Positions 1-9,928 of a stretch of 35,503 nucleotides of DNA are shown here, piece after piece (positions within the stretch are counted from its first letter, which is position 1; each line of letters opens with the position of its first letter). The position numbers and the translations under genes are program-made. The stretch is from Oligoflexales bacterium. GTDB lineage: Bacteria; Bdellovibrionota_B; Oligoflexia; Oligoflexales; CAIYRB01. The notes beneath the pieces are model-generated. The model searched no databases, had not been told where the DNA came from, and worked only from the letters and a program-made list of their open reading frames with translations. The DNA lies in contig JBGSUI010000003.1 of NCBI GenBank assembly GCA_041736175.1, positions 1-35,503 on the forward strand, given 5' to 3'.

Positions 1-239
1 TGCTTAGATAAGATGCCAATAAAATCGACACCAGCCCAAAATCTCCTCCAGATTTTTTAAAAAAACAAAAAAATAATTTATAATTATCAAAAATTATTGA
101 CCTATTTTTCTGTCTTTTGAGATTAAGGCCCCGGCATTGAACCCATAGGCTGACAACCCTCTGAGCATCTGCTCAATCAATGGACAACTTCGGCGGCTGG
201 TCACGGCAAAACCGGCACTCGCTCCCGGTGCTTAGGGTC

Positions 240-255
240 CGGCACGGTCCTTGCT
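240..255 (+). promoter_or_regulatory. sigma-54 (-24/-12) promoter upstream of the serine protease
   Basis: CGGCACGGTCCTTGCT matches YGGCACG-N4-TTGCW with exact GG-N10-GC spacing (GG 241-242, GC 253-254), about 90 nt upstream of ATG 346. Confidence 0.65.
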
Positions 256-345
256 GTGTTTAAGGTCATAAAGAACGGAGTACACACAAAAGTCAAATCG
301 GTCATGACGGCCACACAACATTGAAACTTTGATGGAGCGATCACT

Positions 346-1179
346 ATGTTAGCAACTATAAGATGTTTCCCACTGCTTGCACCGAATTTGGTGGTCCTAG
401 CCGGCCTGGCACTCCTTTTCTCCGCTTGCAATAAGGCAGCCCCGCCACCTGTGGCTGGGAGCGAGGTGAAGGTCTTCGGTGGCCAAGAGGCTGGGCCGAG
501 CGACGCCATCAGCTGGTCGACGGTCGCGATTGCCAAAAAGAAGGGAGGCTGCTCCGGCACCTTGATCGATACACGCCTGGTCGTGACGGCGGCCCACTGC
601 TTTCATCGCAAAAACATCAACATGACCGATTTCGAAGTCATTTTCGGGACCAATATCAAGGGCTCGGAGGACCTCCCCAAAATCAAGGGCCGTCATTTCG
701 TCCACGAAAACTGGCACGATGGTGGGGAGTTCGATATCGCCCTGGTCTATCTCGATCAGCCGGCACCCAAAGGCTTTAAGCCAGTGGAAAGACTCAAGGC
801 GGGCGACTCGCTGAAGTTTAATGAACCGATTATCGTGGCCGGCTATGGGACTTCGGTTGCCCCCAAAGAAGGGGATCACTTCGGGATTTTGAGATTCACC
901 GACCAGACCATTGACGATCTTCCTTCAACTCAGGACTTCTGGTTCGGTTGGCAGGCTAAGAAAACCCACAGGATAGTGGGCAGCCCGGGCGATTCGGGCG
1001 GTTCGGTCTATGTGAAAAGAGGCTTTTTCACCAAGAGTCTAGTTCTGGCTGGCATCTTCAAGGCGGGGAGCACTTGGACGGGCAGCGCGACTGATATCCG
1101 GAAATACGATGACTGGATCACCAAAACCAGCGCCAGAGCCAAAGCCGCGGCCGACGCTCCCAAGCCTCGATGCCGATAA
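346..1179 (+). CDS. S1 (trypsin-fold) serine protease, predicted lipoprotein
   Basis: Catalytic motifs VTAAHC, DIAL, GDSGG; lipobox LFSAC; activation-like K|VFGG; GGAG SD. Confidence 0.92.
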   Translation: MLATIRCFPLLAPNLVVLAGLALLFSACNKAAPPPVAGSEVKVFGGQEAGPSDAISWSTVAIAKKKGGCSGTLIDTRLVVTAAHCFHRKNINMTDFEVIFGTNIKGSEDLPKIKGRHFVHENWHDGGEFDIALVYLDQPAPKGFKPVERLKAGDSLKFNEPIIVAGYGTSVAPKEGDHFGILRFTDQTIDDLPSTQDFWFGWQAKKTHRIVGSPGDSGGSVYVKRGFFTKSLVLAGIFKAGSTWTGSATDIRKYDDWITKTSARAKAAADAPKPRCR

Positions 1180-1373
1180 GGGATAGCTCATAGGCGAATG
1201 GTGCTTGGATAACCAGCGATTCAGAGCGCGTGGTCCAATAATAAAGCTCGTATCACTGGGTCTGATTTGGACGTAAGGGTGCGTTCTTTGGTAGGTTTTT
1301 TGTACCACCAGAATATCATTAATAAGAACAATTGGTTATAGATGTCCTATTTCTTATATAAAGTGGCCCTTAA

Positions 1374-1634
1374 TTATTTGGTAAGGGTAAACCCAATCTA
1401 CCTGGTTTATATGGTGAACCGACTTCGGATGGTCGACCTGCAGGTGAAGTCGAAGTTTCCGTGCAGTACGATGAAGAAATTCTTAAAGCAAAAATTTCTT
1501 TGGATGCAGACCAATATGCTCTGGCACTCAATGCTCATAGTGCAAGTTCATTTGTCTCATGGCACGGCGATCTGAAGCAAGGTGTCAGGACCCATAGGAT
1601 AAACAATGTGGAAAAATTTAAGCTCGTAAGCTAA
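1374..1634 (+). pseudogene. start-less 3' remnant of a hypothetical protein gene
   Basis: Stop-to-stop frame of 86 codons reads as a natural beta-rich protein C-terminus (LYGEPTSDGRPAGEVEVSVQYDEEILKAKISLDADQYALALNAH...HRINNVEKFKLVS*); no start or SD at its 5' end. Confidence 0.5.
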
Positions 1635-1659
1635 CCTTTGACGGCGACCGCTTACGAGC
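1622..1659 (-). terminator. possible intrinsic terminator of pepA
   Basis: Perfect 10-bp inverted repeat GCTCGTAAGC (1622-1631) / GCTTACGAGC (1650-1659), followed on the minus strand by TTAAATTTTT; the loop is long (18 nt). Confidence 0.4.
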
Positions 1660-1681
1660 GAAATCTCTAATTAAAAACTTG

Positions 1682-3202
1682 TTAGCCCCAGGTTTTGCAA
1701 AGATTCACAAGAGTTCTAAAACCAAAGGCCGCGGAACCCGAAGACGGATACCCCAGGGCTTGGCAATTCCACGCAGTCCCTGCGATATCAAAATGGGCCC
1801 ATGGAGTTTGGCCCACAAACTCTTTGAGGAACCAGGCTGCCATAATGGTTCCACCCTTGACGTTTGCTTTAGCAATATTCTTAAGATCAGCGGTGTCGCC
1901 CTTGACTTCCTTTTCCAATTCTGGCCAAAGGGGTAACTGCCAAAAGGGCTCACCACCGAGCTCCGCAGCTTTCAGGGCCCGTTGGGCCACGGATTCGTCG
2001 CTGCCAAACACGGCGCCACCGACACAACCGAGCGCCATCAAGACGGCTCCTGTGAGGGTTGCGATGTCGGCAATAAAATCAGGTTTATATTCGTTGATGG
2101 TATAGGACAAGCAGTCACCCAAAACCAGACGACCTTCGGCGTCGGTATTGAGGATTTCGACAGTCTTCCCATTGTATGCTTTGACCACGTCGCTAGGCTT
2201 GGTTGCAGCTCCTGATGGCATATTTTCGGTGGCGCCAATCACACAGATAACTTTTACCGGAGGCTTGACCGCAGCAAAGTACCGCACCACGCCGAGGACA
2301 GCAGCGCCCCCCGACATGTCATACTTCATTTCTTCCATCCCGGCAGAACCTTTGATGCTGATACCGCCCGAGTCAAAGGTAAGGCCTTTTCCCACCAGGG
2401 CGACAGTTTTTGAATTGTCGACGCCGGGGATTTCGATAGTGATGCACTGGGGCTCTTCGACAGATCCATTGGCAACGCTTAAAAACATATCCATGCCTAA
2501 AGTCTCCATAGCCTCTCGACCTAGGACTTTGCAGACCAATCCGTATTCTTTGGCGATATCTTGGGCAATGCCCGCAAATTTTTTCGGGGTGAGGTAGTTT
2601 GGGGGAGCGTCTTGGAGAAATCTGACTAAGACTTGGGCCTTTGAAAACTCCACAAGATCGCGCACCGACTGGCTACTGGCAACTCCCCCCAAAAGGGAGA
2701 GCTGGGGAGGAAAGCTTTGGTCGTTCTTGCGTTGGCCTTTAAAACCCGCTTGGGTGTAGAGACCACTGATGTAGCCTTCAGCGATGTCGAGGATCAGGCC
2801 CTGGGACGTGCTGCAGAGGACCAGGTGCTTGAGCTTTAGTTCCTTGAGAGCTTTAGCGAGGTCAAGTCCAACCTGGCGTGCAACCTGCTTTAAGGATGCT
2901 GGCACCGATGAGATAGCCACAAGGGTATAGGTGTTTTGATCCACATTGAGATGGAGCGGGCCTGCACTGGGTCTCCAGCCCAAAGTGTTTGCCTGACCCA
3001 GGAGTTTAGCCTTGAGCCCATCATCCAGGTCGGGAGCATCGATGGAAACCTTGTCCTTATCAGCTTGGTCCGACCTAACCACGACGCCGTAATGGGCTCC
3101 ATCGACCGCGGTTTTCGTTTCTTTGATGGTGGCTGTGTGTAGCCAGTTGTGGATAGGTGGTAAAAGGGTATTCCATTGTTCCCGAGCGAGTGCGTGTCCC
3201 AT
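1682..3202 (-). CDS. pepA: cytosol leucyl aminopeptidase (M17)
   Basis: VGKGLTFDSGG, MKYDMSG, NTDAEGRL, IATLTGA, HFDIAG motifs; AGGAG SD. Confidence 0.96.
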   Translation of the reverse strand: MGHALAREQWNTLLPPIHNWLHTATIKETKTAVDGAHYGVVVRSDQADKDKVSIDAPDLDDGLKAKLLGQANTLGWRPSAGPLHLNVDQNTYTLVAISSVPASLKQVARQVGLDLAKALKELKLKHLVLCSTSQGLILDIAEGYISGLYTQAGFKGQRKNDQSFPPQLSLLGGVASSQSVRDLVEFSKAQVLVRFLQDAPPNYLTPKKFAGIAQDIAKEYGLVCKVLGREAMETLGMDMFLSVANGSVEEPQCITIEIPGVDNSKTVALVGKGLTFDSGGISIKGSAGMEEMKYDMSGGAAVLGVVRYFAAVKPPVKVICVIGATENMPSGAATKPSDVVKAYNGKTVEILNTDAEGRLVLGDCLSYTINEYKPDFIADIATLTGAVLMALGCVGGAVFGSDESVAQRALKAAELGGEPFWQLPLWPELEKEVKGDTADLKNIAKANVKGGTIMAAWFLKEFVGQTPWAHFDIAGTAWNCQALGYPSSGSAAFGFRTLVNLCKTWG

Positions 3203-3372
3203 AGACTTTTTCTCCTAAGCGGCGTCATTCGATTCGGAACTTGTACTAAATAGCCAAACAACACGCAAGATTAACCAGGCCCTTTGCATTATTTTACGGG
3301 CTGTTTTCCAAACCAAACGATCTTTCCCCTGGAGTCGCGGCAAACAATTGGATAGATGTTAGTTCAGTCTAG

Positions 3373-4680
<1,308 letters not shown>

Positions 4681-4806
4681 AGGACCTCATGGGGCTCCTT
4701 AGAAAGCTCCATAGGAAGCTCCTTTGGGAGTGTGCTGTGCGAGGCTTCCCCAGGCACAAGAAGTGCATGAACGGGGGCTTTTGCCCCCCTAAGGGAGAGG
4801 CTTTCT

Positions 4807-6003
4807 ATGGGAGCAAGTTGGTTGAAAAGACAGCACGGGAGTCCTTGGTCGATCATATTGGGAGCTTGGGTGATTTTTTTGGCTTGTGTATGCAATCCAG
4901 AAAAATCCAAACAAACCAAAGTAGAGCCACAGCCAGAAAAACCCCCTGGTCCTGACTCTCCTGAGCTATCCCAGAGTGAGCTTACGGAAAAGTTGGTCGG
5001 TGGATTTAAAATAGACCCCGAGGTCGGGCGTCTTGATATGGAAGTTTTGACCAAGGAGGCCCATCCCTTTGGCTCGCCGCGCCAAAAGTTTGTGACGGGG
5101 TGGCTCGAAGCCAAAATCAAGGAGTCCCGTTGGAACAGTTTTTCGGAGCCCTTCGAAGCTGCGGTCCCCAATCCAGCGGCTCTTAGCCAAACCGGCGTTC
5201 CTCTGACCTTGCAACGGTCTGGAGTGAATGTGATCGCCGCTGACGGTTTTCTCAAGGGAGCTCCGTGCGTGGTCGCGATTGCGTCCCATTATGATACCAA
5301 AATACTCGAAAATATCAGCTATGTAGGCGCTAATGATAGTGGGTCCTCAAGCATAGCCCTGCTCCAGATCATGGCCGACCTGGGAGGTCGGGGCGTTGAG
5401 CTGCGGGAAAAGGCCGGAGGGGAGTCCCCTTATGTTTGCGACATCGCGCTTGTTTGGTTTGACGGTGAGGAGGCAGTGTTGCCCGGTTGGGGTGATGGTC
5501 TTACCATTCATCCGGCGCGTATGGTGGACAACACCTACGGGAGCCGCCATCTAGCCAGTAAACTGACTCTATGTAGCTTTGAGAAAACAAAATCCCTTTG
5601 TTTGCCCCAAGCACTCGGGGGACGCCCCCTGGTGGCGCTGATCGTGCTCGATATGATTGGCTCTCCCCAGATCAAGTTGGTTAAGGACAGTTTTTCTTCC
5701 CCATGGATGGTTGATCATTTGGCAAAAGTTGCTCGAAAGCTGGGTTTTGAGTCTTTGCTCGAAAAAACTTTTCGAGGAGTCGAAGATGATCATATTGCTT
5801 TTGTTAAAAAGGGTGTCTCAGCACTTGATATTATTGATTTTTCTAATCTAACCTATTGGCATACCCAAGGTGATTATGCTGATAAAATCTCTTATGATAG
5901 CATCCAAAAAGCCTCAACCATAGCCCTGGCTCTTGCCCTCGATATAGCCTCCCGCCCTAAAGATTTTCTTCAACTGGCCGAAGAGAGTATAGGGAATCAT
6001 TGA
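4807..6003 (+). CDS. M28-family lipoprotein, glutaminyl cyclase-like
   Basis: SHYDTK, GANDSGSS, FDGEEA, YGSRHLA, LDMIG, EDDHIAF, YWHT; hydrophobic N-terminus ending FLAC. Confidence 0.85.
   Translation: MGASWLKRQHGSPWSIILGAWVIFLACVCNPEKSKQTKVEPQPEKPPGPDSPELSQSELTEKLVGGFKIDPEVGRLDMEVLTKEAHPFGSPRQKFVTGWLEAKIKESRWNSFSEPFEAAVPNPAALSQTGVPLTLQRSGVNVIAADGFLKGAPCVVAIASHYDTKILENISYVGANDSGSSSIALLQIMADLGGRGVELREKAGGESPYVCDIALVWFDGEEAVLPGWGDGLTIHPARMVDNTYGSRHLASKLTLCSFEKTKSLCLPQALGGRPLVALIVLDMIGSPQIKLVKDSFSSPWMVDHLAKVARKLGFESLLEKTFRGVEDDHIAFVKKGVSALDIIDFSNLTYWHTQGDYADKISYDSIQKASTIALALALDIASRPKDFLQLAEESIGNH
5958..5984 (+). promoter_or_regulatory. sigma-28 (FliA) promoter for the STAS-cheA-cheW unit, inside the 3' end of the M28 gene
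   Basis: TAAAGATT-N11-GCCGAAGA versus consensus TAAAGTTT-N11-GCCGATAA. Confidence 0.75.
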
Positions 6004-6060
6004 AGGTATATTTAGTGGACAGTTAATTCCGGATTTTTTCCGGTGAAAACGGGGAGACTC

Positions 6061-6567
6061 ATGGCCGCTGCGATCGACTTTGGAAACCTTCGCATCGAAA
6101 TCAGCCAAACAACATCCGAAGTTGTCTATAGATTTGTAGGCGATGTGGATGAGCATTTTAGACAAAAAGATGTCCCAAGGATCCGGAAGCCGCAGATTAC
6201 TTTTATTCTCGAAGACGTTAAGAATTTCAACTCATGCGGTATCCGTGAGTGGATCTATATGGTGCGAGATATCAGCGAGCTGGGAGAATTGGTCTTTATG
6301 AAATGTTCGGTCACGATGATCGATCAAATCAATATGGTTCCTGATTCTCTAGGCAAGGGCCGTATCGAATCATTTTTCGCGCCCTATTTCTGTAACTGTG
6401 GAGGAGAGGTCAACAGGATGATTCGTGTTGAGGAGCACCTAAGAGACCTAGTCCAAAAAAGAGCACCCGAGCTTTCCTGCGAAAAGTGTGGAAAAAAGCT
6501 CGAATTTGATGCTTTAGAAGAAAGCTATTTTTTATTTGCCGAAGGTGATTTACCAAAAGCCTCATAA
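6061..6567 (+). CDS. STAS-like domain plus C-terminal Zn-ribbon protein
   Basis: FVGDVDE...LEDVKNFNSCGIREW STAS-like pattern; CNC...CEKC cysteines; ATG 6061 follows GGGGAG SD. Confidence 0.75.
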   Translation: MAAAIDFGNLRIEISQTTSEVVYRFVGDVDEHFRQKDVPRIRKPQITFILEDVKNFNSCGIREWIYMVRDISELGELVFMKCSVTMIDQINMVPDSLGKGRIESFFAPYFCNCGGEVNRMIRVEEHLRDLVQKRAPELSCEKCGKKLEFDALEESYFLFAEGDLPKAS

Positions 6568-6595
6568 ATTTACGACTTAGGCAGAATGAGAGAGC

Positions 6596-9265
6596 ATGGA
6601 CGCTCAAACCAAAACTTCCCTCCAAGCGCTCAAAGAAGAACTCCCTAAGCTCCATACGCTCCTTGGGCAATGCCGAGCGATGATTGGTAAAACAGACTCA
6701 GCTCCACCAGACCAACTCAAATCAAGTTTGGTAACCTCCCTTAAGCACCTCAATCAAGTGCTGCTCTGGGCTGATCCCGATGCAGTGAGTCAGAAGACAC
6801 CTGAAAAAGCCAAAAACCCCGCTCAAAAACCGACTCTTGAAGCTGTGCCTGTCGATGGCGAGCTTTCCGACGAGGAAGCTTTCGCCCTCCTGAGCCAAAG
6901 CCAAGATGATCTGGGCATAACATCCCCTAACACTTCTCTTAACACTCCTCCCAACGCAGCCCAGAGCGTCACGGCAAAAGCCGACGATGCCGAGCTGAGT
7001 GACGAGGAGGCGATGGCTTTTCTCACCCAGTCTGGAGAGACAGGGAATTCAGAGATGGGAGATGACGAGGCTCGCAGACTGTTAGCGGCGATGGATGAAC
7101 CCCTTGCCCCCGCAGCTTCGGTGGGCGACGCTGGAGCAGAAGGCGAAATGAGTGACGAAGCTGCTCGAAAACTCCTGGAAGATATGGACGCTCCTGTCGT
7201 GGCGCCCCCGACTAAACCCACGGCCAAACCCGCGAGTGCTGACGATGAGGCCCTGGCGATGCTTAGCGCCATGGGTGGCCTCGGGGACGACGAATCAGGG
7301 GGTGAAGAATCTGCAGCACCTTCCCCGCGGACCCAGGTGGGCACCAGCAAATCTAGCCCACATGGGGCTGATGCGGGGGACGACGAGAGTCCAGGCGGCG
7401 AAAATCTTGTAGAAATCGAAGAATTCTCAAAAAATGATTTTGCATCTGATCCAGATATGATGAACGATTTTGGACAAAATTCTGACGAACTCATGGAGAC
7501 CCTTGACCAAACTATCTTGCAGTTAGAGCAAAACCCTAAAGACCGGGAAACCATCGAATCGATCTTTCGTGCTGCCCATACGCTCAAAGGCGCCGCAGGT
7601 ATGTTTGGCTTTAAGTCGATGGAACGGGTGATGCATCGCATGGAAAACCTCTTTGATCAGGTCAGGAAGGGGATTTTGGTCCCGAGCGCTGATACGATTG
7701 ACGTGGTGTTTCAGGGGATTGATGTGTTACGAAAACTCTTAGAGGCTGCAAAATGTGGTAAACCCTCGGGCACTCCGACGGTACCTATCGTCAAAGCTTT
7801 AGAGCTGGCGTCTAAAGGTAAGTATGTCAAAGGCTCAATAAATTTGGGCGGCGCTGGGGGAGGTGGCGGTCAACCCCTCGCTGCTAAACCACAACAAAAC
7901 CTTGATAGTGGTGGAGCTGCACCCCTAGGTGATGGCCACGAACCTCAAAGCCAAAAAAAGACCGAGCAGACGACGATCCGCGTCGATCTGGAGCGCCTGG
8001 ATATGCTCGTCAATCTGGTGGGCGAGCTGGTTATCGATCGAACAAGGTTTGCGTCTCTTGACGAAACGATTCGAACGACCAATCCACAAATCAAAGTCGC
8101 CGGTGCTTTTTCCGAGACAGTCCAGCTTTTTGGTCGGCATATGAATGAGATTCATGAAATCATTATGAAGATTCGAATGGTTCCCATTGGCAACGCCTTT
8201 AATAAATTCACCCGCGTTGTCCGAGATTTATCGCGCCAGCTTTCTAAAGAAATCAATCTGGATATCACCGGTGAAGATACCGAGCTGGATAAGACCCTGG
8301 TCGAGCAGATTGGTGACCCACTGATTCACTTGATTCGAAATTCCTGCGACCATGGGGTCGAGATGCCCGATGTCAGGCTGGCCTCTGGTAAATCAAAAGC
8401 TGGTCGCATCTCTCTCAGTGCAAGACAAGAGGGCAATAACATTATTATTACGATAGAAGATGACGGTAAGGGAATCCAAGTTGATGCAGTCCGTAAAAAA
8501 GGCATTGAACGAGGCCTAATTTCTGAGGATGCGCAGCTAACCAAACGAGATATCTTTAACTTGATTTTTGAAGCGGGATTTTCCACTGCGGAAAAAGTCA
8601 CTGAAGTCTCGGGGCGTGGCGTGGGGATGGATGTGGTGCGCAAGCAAATCTCCAAACTAAAGGGACTTATTGATATCGACTCAGAAGTAGGAAAAGGCAC
8701 AACCACCACGATCCGTCTGCCATTGACCCTTGCGATTGTTCAGAGTCTCCTGGTGGAAACCAGCGGTGAAACCTTTGCCATACCCCTGTCGACGGTGATT
8801 GAATCCGTGCGGATCAAGCCAGAAGAAATTCAATCGGTCGGCGACGCCGAAGTGATCAAACGCCATGGCAAAGTTCTCCCTTTGATGCACCTTCATGAAA
8901 TCTTAGAGTTAAACGAAAAATTGAACAATTCTTGGTATGTTTCTGACTCCCATCGTGATGAAAGCGGAAAGCAGGTGACTGCACCGACGCGCAACTCTAA
9001 ACGAAAAGAACGCCTGTTTGTTGTGATTGTCGGATCAGGAGATCGAAGGTTTGGTATTGTGGTCGACCAGTTGTTGCATCAACAAGAAATGGTTATTAAG
9101 TCTATGGGATCTTTGATGAAAAGAGTCCCTTGTGTGGCTGGTGGAGCGGTGTTAGGGAATGGAGAGGTTGTGTTGGTGTTGGATGTCCAAGAATTAGAGG
9201 ATAAGTTTAGAATGCGAACTAAAAAAAGTGAAAAATCTCTAAATACACTGTCAAGAGCCATGTAA
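6596..9265 (+). CDS. cheA: chemotaxis histidine kinase CheA with a long N-terminal extension
   Basis: Hpt IFRAAHTLKG; dimerisation IRVDLERLDMLVNLVGELVI; HATPase HLIRNSCDHG, DDGKG, GFSTA, SGRGVGMDVV; C-terminal CheW domain. Confidence 0.97.
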   Translation: MDAQTKTSLQALKEELPKLHTLLGQCRAMIGKTDSAPPDQLKSSLVTSLKHLNQVLLWADPDAVSQKTPEKAKNPAQKPTLEAVPVDGELSDEEAFALLSQSQDDLGITSPNTSLNTPPNAAQSVTAKADDAELSDEEAMAFLTQSGETGNSEMGDDEARRLLAAMDEPLAPAASVGDAGAEGEMSDEAARKLLEDMDAPVVAPPTKPTAKPASADDEALAMLSAMGGLGDDESGGEESAAPSPRTQVGTSKSSPHGADAGDDESPGGENLVEIEEFSKNDFASDPDMMNDFGQNSDELMETLDQTILQLEQNPKDRETIESIFRAAHTLKGAAGMFGFKSMERVMHRMENLFDQVRKGILVPSADTIDVVFQGIDVLRKLLEAAKCGKPSGTPTVPIVKALELASKGKYVKGSINLGGAGGGGGQPLAAKPQQNLDSGGAAPLGDGHEPQSQKKTEQTTIRVDLERLDMLVNLVGELVIDRTRFASLDETIRTTNPQIKVAGAFSETVQLFGRHMNEIHEIIMKIRMVPIGNAFNKFTRVVRDLSRQLSKEINLDITGEDTELDKTLVEQIGDPLIHLIRNSCDHGVEMPDVRLASGKSKAGRISLSARQEGNNIIITIEDDGKGIQVDAVRKKGIERGLISEDAQLTKRDIFNLIFEAGFSTAEKVTEVSGRGVGMDVVRKQISKLKGLIDIDSEVGKGTTTTIRLPLTLAIVQSLLVETSGETFAIPLSTVIESVRIKPEEIQSVGDAEVIKRHGKVLPLMHLHEILELNEKLNNSWYVSDSHRDESGKQVTAPTRNSKRKERLFVVIVGSGDRRFGIVVDQLLHQQEMVIKSMGSLMKRVPCVAGGAVLGNGEVVLVLDVQELEDKFRMRTKKSEKSLNTLSRAM

Positions 9266-9279
9266 AGGTCGATAAAATC

Positions 9280-9837
9280 ATGGAGTTTGTCGAATCAAAA
9301 TCAACAGGAATCTTTGCCATCCATAGGGATCTTGATGGCGAGATCCATTCAGGGGAATTTCAGGAGAGGGAGCAGTTTATTGGTCTTATCATTGGCCAAG
9401 AAGAATTCTTGTTGCCCATATCGACGGTGAGAGAAATCATAATGCTGTCGCCTATTACCTATGTTCCTAATTCGCCAGAATTTATCGATGGGGTGATCAA
9501 TCTTAGGGGGAATATTCTCCCGGTGATCAATATGCGCAAAGTCATGCGTATTGGACGAGGAACAGGTGAGGGGTCGGTCAGGGTGATCATCGCGAGGTAC
9601 GAGGGGATTACTTTTGGTCTCCTTGTGGATGGGATTACTTATGTTGTTTCTCTATTACCCCAAGAAATTGAAAATCAGTCCCTTCCTGGTAAAGGTACTG
9701 GAGCTGAATTCATTGGTTCCATTAGCAAGCATGGCAATAAAGTTGCAGGGATTCTGGACCTTGTACGGATTATAAAGGCTGTGGCTGGTGATGCCCTGGA
9801 CGGGGACTCTGAGGAGAGTAGCACCAGCGAGCATTGA
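9280..9837 (+). CDS. cheW: chemotaxis adaptor CheW
   Basis: VREII...ITYVPNSPEFIDGVINLRGNILPVI, FGLLVD; directly after cheA. Confidence 0.95.
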   Translation: MEFVESKSTGIFAIHRDLDGEIHSGEFQEREQFIGLIIGQEEFLLPISTVREIIMLSPITYVPNSPEFIDGVINLRGNILPVINMRKVMRIGRGTGEGSVRVIIARYEGITFGLLVDGITYVVSLLPQEIENQSLPGKGTGAEFIGSISKHGNKVAGILDLVRIIKAVAGDALDGDSEESSTSEH

Positions 9838-9864
9838 GTCCAGGAACGGACACATCCGTATTTC

Positions 9865-9893
9865 TTGATAAAAAACACAAGATCATTTACCAT
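9865..9893 (+). promoter_or_regulatory. sigma-70-type promoter of the ParA-family gene
   Basis: TTGATA-N17-TACCAT, 35 nt upstream of ATG 9929. Confidence 0.5.
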
Positions 9894-9928
9894 TGACACA
9901 TCGTTTCTTTTAATGATGGGAAAAGTCG

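Noticed and set aside
199..245. GGTCACGGCAAAACCGG..., superficially like a c-di-GMP-I riboswitch
   Set aside because: It lacks the GNRA-capped P2 and the GACGCAAAG junction; the region is better explained by the sigma-54 promoter
201..560. 119-aa minus-strand ORF
   Set aside because: It overlaps the protease gene and its promoter antisense, with no recognisable features
1342..1575. 77-aa ORF in the protease-pepA gap
   Set aside because: No SD and odd composition; the alternative frame 1374-1634 is more protein-like
1629..1687. attC-like geometry: AGCTAAC containing the remnant's stop and GTTAGCC, spanning 59 nt
   Set aside because: The inner L boxes do not pair, GTTAGCC is explained by the last codon and stop of pepA, and there is no integrase or second site
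3228..3258. Possible sigma-28 -10 element (TCCGAATC) upstream of pepA
   Set aside because: No matching -35 element at the right spacing
6823..7641. 272-aa antisense ORF, and similar shadows such as 4662..5255, 2148..2597, 29358..29918, 20751..21269
   Set aside because: They lie opposite well-supported genes, have the Ser/Pro-rich composition typical of antisense frames, and show no motifs
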